Part shown: piece after piece, positions 53,638 to 64,000 of the stretch
Numbering within the stretch: position 1 is the stretch's first letter
How the letters are laid out: each line of letters starts with the position of its first letter
NCBI GenBank assembly: GCA_965208905.1
Contig: OZ242365.1
Span: 1,472,001-1,536,000, forward strand
Length of the DNA: 64,000 nucleotides
Direction: 5' to 3'
From: Nitrosopumilaceae archaeon
GTDB taxonomy: Archaea; Thermoproteota; Nitrososphaeria; Nitrososphaerales; Nitrosopumilaceae
The notes under the pieces: generated by a model
What the model was told of the DNA's origin: nothing
Databases searched by the model: none
The model's input: only the letters and a program-made list of their open reading frames with translations
Program-made: the position numbers and the translations under genes

Positions 53638-54237
53638 TTATGCGTAATTGCACAACTTGGCAGCATTGGGTGGTCCCGGCCCGTTCTGGCCGGCACCGCC
53701 CACCCCGGTACAGCCCATCGGCTCACCGCCGACGGAATTCTGGCGTTCCGGTTTGTGCGCCCCCGACAGATGCCATTCGGCATCTGCACTACGGCCCTCT
53801 AACAGCCGCATGATGTTAAGGAGTGTAATTCTCCGACCATGCGTGAGTGTACGGTCGGCGGCCGCCTTTTTCAGCAGCCGTATTATGTGATATAGTGTGG
53901 GGTCTGGTGACCCAAGTGGTGTATGACACATTAGGGCCAATATGGTACGAAATAGTATGTTGGCACCCGCGTTGGCATCCCGTTCCCTAATTGTACGACA
54001 TGTATAGCACCACATGTCGCGGGTCGGTATTTTACCGGTATTTGTCCCGATATGTTTTAGACTGCCGCCACACTTGAGACATTTCGCGGATGTATTTCGC
54101 GGTTCGATGCCTATATGCGGCAGACCCTCGGACTCGGCTGCATTTTTGAGTGCGTTCTGTCTTTGGCCTGTATTCAGTGTGGATTTTGTTTTGCCACGGA
54201 TAAATGGTGATATTGTATAGTTTTTGGTGTACAGTCG
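53638..54237 (-). pseudogene. TnpB C-terminal fragment truncated by the IS3 element
   Basis: IEPRNTSAKCLKCG...CYTC zinc ribbon, RDANAGANIL RuvC-III. Confidence 0.8.
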
Positions 54238-55484
54238 TGGTGGGGACCCCGCTAGAATGAGAACACTCACGTTCATACAGCTTAAAGTCGTAATGGGAGG
54301 GATGATGCCATGGTAAGAACAAAGTTTACTCCAGACCAAAAGATCCAGATCGTTTTGGAATCAATCAAGACCAATATTGGCACGGCCGAGCTGTGCCGCA
54401 AGCACAACGTTCATCCCCAAACGTTTCAAGCCTGGCGGCAAAAGTTCATGGACGCAGGCAAGTCCGGACTGACCCATCACGGAAAGAAGGATCCGATAAA
54501 GGCCATCAAAAAGGAGAACGGCGACCTAAAGCGAATCATAGGGGATCTGACAATCGCAAACGACGCTTTAAAAAAAACCTTGGAGGCAAGCAACGATTGA
54601 ACGCGGTAAAAATCATGCAGGAACAACATTTGAGCCTGCGCAAGTCGCTAGGGTATGCGGGCGTATCCAGGCGCCAATGGTACTACAAACCCAAGCCCAG
54701 AGACATGGGATTGAATCCGGATATATTGAGCACTGTGCTAGATACGAGCAGAAAGAGGCCCACGTACGGCACACGGCGCATGGCGGCCCAGATAACGCGC
54801 GATACGGGAATTGTGGTGAACCGCAAGCAGATACAGCGGATATATCGCAAAATGGGCTACATCCAGCCACAAAATACCAAAAACGACATCATTCGAGCGG
54901 GTCAAAAGCTCTTCAAACCCAAAGCCCCACACCAGTTGTGGGAGACGGACATCACATACATCTGGTGCGGTATAGACGGCTGGTGCTACTGCTTCAACGT
55001 AATTGACTGCTTTACGCGCAAGTGGATCGCCTACGCGTTTGATGTCAATGCCACACGAGACATTGCAATCACCTCAATCACCAACGCGGTTGCCGCAGAG
55101 AAACCTGACTGCTCACAATTACGATTGCGTACGGACAACGGCAACCAGTATACGAGCCGCGACTTTAGACATGCGGTTCAGGCCCTTGGCATCGGCAAAC
55201 ATGAATTCATCTACAAGAATACGCCGGAGCAGAACGGACATGTCGAATCATTTCACAAGACGCTGAAAAAGGAATACATCTGGCCGCACGAGTTTGCGAA
55301 CTATCAGGAGGCAGAGACGATCATTGCAAAGGCCTTTGTAGATTACAACACCGAGAGGATTCATTCCTCTATCGGATACATGACACCAGTAGAATTTGCC
55401 GAACAGTTGGAGATGACAAATAAATGATGGAAGATGTATGTAAAATCATGCCGAAAACAGTAACATTCTATGGGGTCCACTCCA
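54238..55484 (+). mobile_element. IS3-family element: orfA 54310-54600, orfB to 55427, with a -1 frameshift at the A8 tract 54570-54577
   Basis: TG...CA ends with IRs TGGTGGGGACCCCGCTAGAATG / TGGAGTGGACCCCATAGAATG; HTH orfA; WETDITY, TDNGNQY, ESFHKTLKKE. Confidence 0.93.
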
Positions 55485-55655
55485 GTATAGGTTGAATCAA
55501 CCATATACTAACAACACCAACAACTAAAATTGTAACAGATGCCAAAGCTATAATGGATACCTTATTCATGATAAATAACAATCAATCATGTATAAAATGA
55601 TTGTGAGCCTGAGGAATGTCAAAAAGTTGTGTAATGTGTTGTATTATCAAATTTC

Positions 55656-55868
55656 CTATATAATGGACATATTATGAGATTGGTTTGTCATTGTTTCATT
55701 CTGGAATAGATGAGAAAAGATGCATATGAATGACAGTATATTCTCCTGTTGCTCAACCCATCTTGGATCTTCTGATTTAGGTAGGTTAGATAGGTATTCA
55801 CATAATGATATTGATAGACCTCCCAATACTACGACGGCCAGTAAACCAACTATTACTTTATATCTCAT
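55656..55868 (-). CDS. Small membrane-anchored hypothetical protein
   Basis: N-terminal hydrophobic helix; overlaps the end of the upstream fragment. Confidence 0.4.
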   Translation of the reverse strand: MRYKVIVGLLAVVVLGGLSISLCEYLSNLPKSEDPRWVEQQENILSFICIFSHLFQNETMTNQSHNMSII

Positions 55869-56166
55869 AATTGCCCCCTTTATTCTGTCGTATTCTGTAC
55901 TTGCATTCCTGATGCCAGTAATATTTTAAAAAAGCATCTGCTATGGTCTCATAAGATATGGTACGGGAAGGCTTGTTTTGTGCCGCATGCTCAATCAGAA
56001 ATCTGGCCAGAGCCAATTTGTAGGTGTTATCTTTTCGCCCCTTTGTTATTATATGCTGAAAGTACGTAGATATTTCAGATTTAGATGGATCACCACTTGT
56101 GTATTCGTTCCAGTTATTCGTATATCTCTTTGAACTACCCGATGCACTCATTTCATCACGCCCCAC
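55858..56166 (-). pseudogene. N-terminal fragment of an HNH-endonuclease-associated protein
   Basis: NTYKLALARFL...IADAFLKYYW...YRIRQ pattern seen N-terminal to HNH domains; no HNH domain follows. Confidence 0.5.
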
Positions 56167-57318
56167 AACGACACAAGACGTAATCTAACTATATAAATAA
56201 AAAGTCACTGCTGCATATCACATCTAAAACATTTATGCAGTCCGCAAAAGCCAACACGGCATATGCATCCATATTTCATGTCACATATGCAATGCTGTCC
56301 ACACACCTGTCTGTATCAATGGCTGGCTAAACATTAGTGCACACAAAGTACCATACTACTCCAGAATGTATAATCGACATGTAACATTAACCGTATATGC
56401 CCAACTCAGATTTTTTGGGCACAACAGACAGGTAAGGGGGGCGAGACTTTCCAAAAACAGTAATTTTTGCTAGTTTATTATTATATGTTTGATATGATAT
56501 AACATATTTGCTAATATATTAATATCATTATTTGTTCTTAAATATATTCATAATAAGTAAATTTTATTTTAATAATCATATGTGTTTTAAAATTATACAG
56601 AAAATATATCATAGCTTCTAAAATAATGAATTTATTATGATATTTATCATAAATAACTAAATTTATTGTAACAGTATAACATGTATGAATCGACAAAAAA
56701 TCACAATACCATACAAGATACCGTTGATTGCATCATATGTATGTGGCACATATACCTAAAATGTAGCCAAAGTCACACTTTACAGCCAGACCTACATCTT
56801 TTGACGATATAACATATATTCCATTATGATATATCTATCCATTTAACTCTAGCAATTTGTCAAGTATGTTCAACTCCTGCCAAAGTGTCTCGTCCCCAAT
56901 GGATGTTGCCTCTGCATCAAAATAATCCCGGAATGCAGATATCAAAAGTGGATACGTGCCAGACACCTGTAGCGGCAAAGATGTTCTTTCCCACGTGCCC
57001 AGATTCCAATGTGAATATTCTGGAACAAAAACTCCATACTACTGTGAAGATAATTCACAAACATAGATAGAAGATAACCTATTAGAACATAAAGCGGTTC
57101 AAGAAACTATCAAAGTCATAGTAGCGATTGTAGCAGACAAACCAGATACTGTAGTTGCGGCCAGAGATATGATAACAGACATACAAAATGAGGTATTCGC
57201 AGAAATGGTTAGAAATGGAAGTGCGACCATAAACTGTAACGAACCTGATGCAAGTGAAACAGTAAAAGACGTGTGCAGTAGGCTAGATGAAAAGTAATTA
57301 GATTATTACAAAGTTAAT

Positions 57319-57789
57319 TTAATCAACCAATTCAAGATAGAGTGCGTCAATCTCAGGACTAATATTTTGGGCTCCAAGTACGGTTGTAGATTCGTGAAGT
57401 CCAGTAACAGTACCATATATGTCGACTATGTCATCTTCAAGTATGCGAGGTCCACTGTAATGAACAGCTAACCGATCTAGACTCCACTCTTCACTTTCTG
57501 GGGCTACAACGAGTAGATATGTCTCATCAAACCTATGAATCACCTGAACAACTTCCCCACGATAAAACACAATATCTCCAACATAGTCCTCATTATGTCG
57601 TAATAAGGTATCATATTCCAAACCATACAACGCAGCCAGTTTAACTTCATTAAGGCTCATGGTAGGTGTTTGAAGTTCTTCCTGTTGCTGGTCTTGCATA
57701 CTGGAGATCGATACACCAACCACTATGAGTAGGATAAACAGTGACAAAATAACTAATCCACCTATACCTAGTTTACGCTTCCATCCCAT
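57319..57789 (-). CDS. Membrane-anchored OB-fold-like protein
   Basis: TM helix, then Y..L.R..E.Y.G..V.Y.GEVVQV...ILEDDIVDIYGTV.G. Confidence 0.7.
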   Translation of the reverse strand: MGWKRKLGIGGLVILSLFILLIVVGVSISSMQDQQQEELQTPTMSLNEVKLAALYGLEYDTLLRHNEDYVGDIVFYRGEVVQVIHRFDETYLLVVAPESEEWSLDRLAVHYSGPRILEDDIVDIYGTVTGLHESTTVLGAQNISPEIDALYLELVD

Positions 57790-57987
57790 TAGCCACTAAG
57801 ACCTTTCTGATTATATAAGTCAAACAACCTCAAATTTAAATTTTTAAAAACAGTGGTTATACTTATAATATCATTAAGTATGTAGTTCTCGCTAAAATAT
57901 AATTAGGTGTATGTTTATAGTATTCTGTGGATACAGTACAAACAACTAAACCGCCTACCTGGTTTGAACTGTTAATAGAAAAGAAAA

Positions 57988-58275
57988 TCAAATCGGGCCA
58001 GGAGCATTCCTCATAGCTTGTGTATAGTCAACTCCCTCTTTAATTTCAAGATTACCCTCATTGAGACCAATTACGCATTGTGGACACATTCGTATATCAT
58101 ATGTTGCTTCACCATACTCAAATTTGGTAATATATACCGACCCAGGATGCTCAAAACATGATACGCTGATATGGTCATAACATGTAGCCACTGCCAAGTT
58201 AACTGTCTGTTGATTACAACTTGACATCACACATTTATTGATTATTTGTGCTGCTGATGTTTCAGATTTATTCAT
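57988..58275 (-). CDS. Hypothetical Cys/His-rich protein
   Basis: C...C, C..H, C..H, C..C pattern; TATA-like sequence upstream. Confidence 0.45.
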   Translation of the reverse strand: MNKSETSAAQIINKCVMSSCNQQTVNLAVATCYDHISVSCFEHPGSVYITKFEYGEATYDIRMCPQCVIGLNEGNLEIKEGVDYTQAMRNAPGPI

Positions 58276-59322
58276 TGTACATCATCATCATACATAATCT
58301 ACATTATATACTGATTTATAGACTATACTCGAATGTGTAACACTATCTAATGAGATTGTTATAAAGTATATATTTCCCAAAATTATCATGTGTTTCAAAA
58401 ATACATAATATGTGCATCCGACGATGGGTGGTTTATTTTATGTATTTTGATATTGGACAAATTGCATATCGACGCTTTCACTACAAATGTCAGATATCAA
58501 TTTTAGTAGGAATTGCACATGTATTCAGACAAGCTGACTCTGTCACATACAACAAATGTACTGGTGTTACGTTTTAGCACACATTGTTTTTAGTATTTTT
58601 TTACCACACGCATGATGTCAAAATAGGTGGTCGGCCACATAGACTATAACTGCAAAAACACTGTGCATGCATAACAGTCGTAAATTATTGATATTTCTAA
58701 ATTCGAATTTAGAAATATCATAAAATAAGCACTACAAAGCATGACATGCGTGGGCAGCTGGCAAGCTGTTACGAATTTCAAGAGGCATGCGTCTTGTGAT
58801 ATGTCTCTAAATTCAGATATGATAACATGCATGATAACATAAAAAAAAATAAAAAATGAATGATTAAAGGAATGGTCCAATGTTTGCTGTCAGACTTATC
58901 ATAATGGTTATGAATATGGCACCCCAAACACGGCCAGCAACCATATAGATATTACTAAATGACAGAACCGATAAATTATAGACACATCCTAAAACTAGAC
59001 GTCTTTGAGGGGTATGCCAGCCTGCATTTCCACATATGTTGGTGAACTGCCATTCAGATCGAGATGTCCTTTGTTGGTAAAGCAAACAAGCCCAACCTTT
59101 GGACAGTTGTTTTTCAGTTGTTAGAGTGAGCTCCGAACCTTTGTTTGATCAGACTGGTTATGTCAATATCAAATATTTCATCCAACACCCAAAATTAACA
59201 TCAACTAAAATATCAACAATTTAGAGACCTCATATAAGCATCCCAACTCAAGTTAACGACATTTATCGTTAATATTCCAAAACCACTGTAACCCATTAAC
59301 GTCTGTTTACACATAGTCTGTC

Positions 59323-59511
59323 ATGAAGGAAGAGTTACAGTCTAAACTCCGCGCCAAACATGACCAACTTCGTCAGGCCGAGGCCAAGTTGGTTGTATTA
59401 CGGGACGAGGCCGCCAAGTCGATTGGTGCCGTTGAGGCGCAGGTACGTAAAGTCGAAGTAACATACACAGAAACAAGCGACATTGAAGACGAAATCGTGC
59501 ATTCTTCGTGA
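59323..59511 (+). CDS. Small coiled-coil hypothetical protein
   Basis: Heptad, charged composition; ends just before the tandem repeat. Confidence 0.45.
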   Translation: MKEELQSKLRAKHDQLRQAEAKLVVLRDEAAKSIGAVEAQVRKVEVTYTETSDIEDEIVHSS

Positions 59512-59514
59512 CAG

Positions 59515-60051
59515 GTGGGTGAAATATTGTGCATTCGAAGGGCAAATATGACCCCAAAACCCCTACCTTTTTGGGTCAAAAGTACCCCATGTAATTACGC
59601 CTACATATGGCGCATATGTCGTGTTTGGTCTAAAAGTACCATACAAATAATGCCCAAGTTATACAGGGCAGTCTGAAAAACCAAAAGTCACACAAACATC
59701 ATCTTTTAACCCTTACTGGGGCGACAACATACACCATGTGGGTGAAATATTGTGCATTCGAAGGGCAAATATGACCCCAAAACCCCTACCTTTTTGGGTC
59801 AAAAGTACACCATGCAATTACGCCTACATATGGCGCATATGTCGTGTTTGGTCTAAAAGTACCATACAAATAATGCCCAAGTTATACAGGGCAGTCTGAA
59901 AAACCAAAAGTCACACAAACATCATCTTTTAACCCTTACTGGGGCGACAACATACACCATGTGGGTGAAATATTGTGCATTCGAAGGGCAAATGTGACCC
60001 CTAAACCCCTACCTTTTTGGGTCAAAAGTACACCATGCAATTACGCCTACA
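59515..60051. repeat. Non-coding tandem repeat, 223-bp unit x ~2.4
   Basis: GTGGGTGAAATATTGTGCATTCG starts at 59515, 59738 and 59961. Confidence 0.95.
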
Positions 60052-60370
60052 ACATGTTGCACGTACACCAAAAAGTGCCATACACGACACATGTACCATT
60101 TCACGCCTAAAAGCTAAACCCCCCATATACAATGTGCTATTTACGCCTAAAGCCAGATGTAGTAAATTTATCGATTTTGAGGGGGGTTTAGTGTTTACGC
60201 ATGATATAGGTAACCAATACTCAAAGCATGAAGATGTCATACCAAGATACATGGTCAAAATCTATTTCACGCCTAAAAGCTAAACCCCCACTCTTGTACG
60301 TATAGAAAGTATGGCTATATCACACACTAGTGTATATGATGTGAAATTATGCGGATTCCGAGTAAACATA

Positions 60371-63645
<3,275 letters not shown>

Positions 63646-63649
<4 letters not shown>

Positions 63650-64000
63650 TGTATCATCATACTGTACAATATACGGGGCCTACCAATCTCCCGGCGATAG
63701 CCGTATGGTTTCTTAAATATTGATTCAAGTTGTTCCAATATTGTACGATCATCCAGCCCATCTTTATTTATCCTCTTTCGAAGATGGCTAAGGCTCCTGT
63801 ATGGTTGCCTGTTTGTGACTATCATCTGCGTAATCTTTGGTATCAGCACCTTTGCACGCCTTCCAAGCAGGCGATCTTCTGCCATATCTCGTAGTTTTCG
63901 CTCAAAATATTTTTGAATCTTTGAGGTCTGTTTTCTTGCCTGCTCATCTTTTACATCACGGGTGAATGTTCGCCATGCGTAATTTAACATGTCGTCATAC
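63646..64000 (-). CDS. C-terminal end of an upstream partner gene (possibly a helicase), translationally coupled to the MTase
   Basis: Frame open to the window edge; ATGA overlap with the MTase start; PRILYS end recalls helicase partners of MTases (weak evidence). Confidence 0.45.

Noticed and set aside
59515-60290. Possible CRISPR array
   Set aside because: Whole 223-bp units repeat with no unique spacers, and there are no cas genes; the same applies to the 261-bp repeat at 848-1482

Overview
Archaeal chromosome segment, most likely from a Nitrososphaerota (Thaumarchaeota, Nitrosopumilaceae/Cenarchaeum-like) genome. This is inferred from the DUF6659-like gene, the IPxW-type domains, archaeal CoaD, CofE and ProS, and the heavy IS load typical of host-associated lineages. 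Core genes (oppF-like ATPase, smc, ino1, CBS-trkH, coaD, tusA, cysteine synthase, trxB, cofE, serB, proS) alternate with intact or decayed IS630, IS481, IS1595, IS66, ISH3, IS3 and TnpB elements. Four accessory regions stand out. (1) A surface-protein gene with an inverted, headless, mosaic second copy (15.4-20.2 kb). (2) A GC-rich glycine-cleavage/lipoylation island that also encodes a type III PKS/KAS-III-like enzyme and an LLM oxidoreductase (25-34.9 kb). (3) A decaying defence-like island with TcmP, DUF5131 and an SbcCD pair (35-47.9 kb). (4) An AT-rich region ending in a type ISP-like DNA methyltransferase. Its (GA)26 tract sits between a target-recognition segment and a hidden out-of-frame paralogue of that segment, which makes it a candidate three-state phase-variable specificity switch and the strongest novelty candidate. 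No rRNA, tRNA or CRISPR array was recognised. All family calls are from motif recognition by eye; no database search was run.
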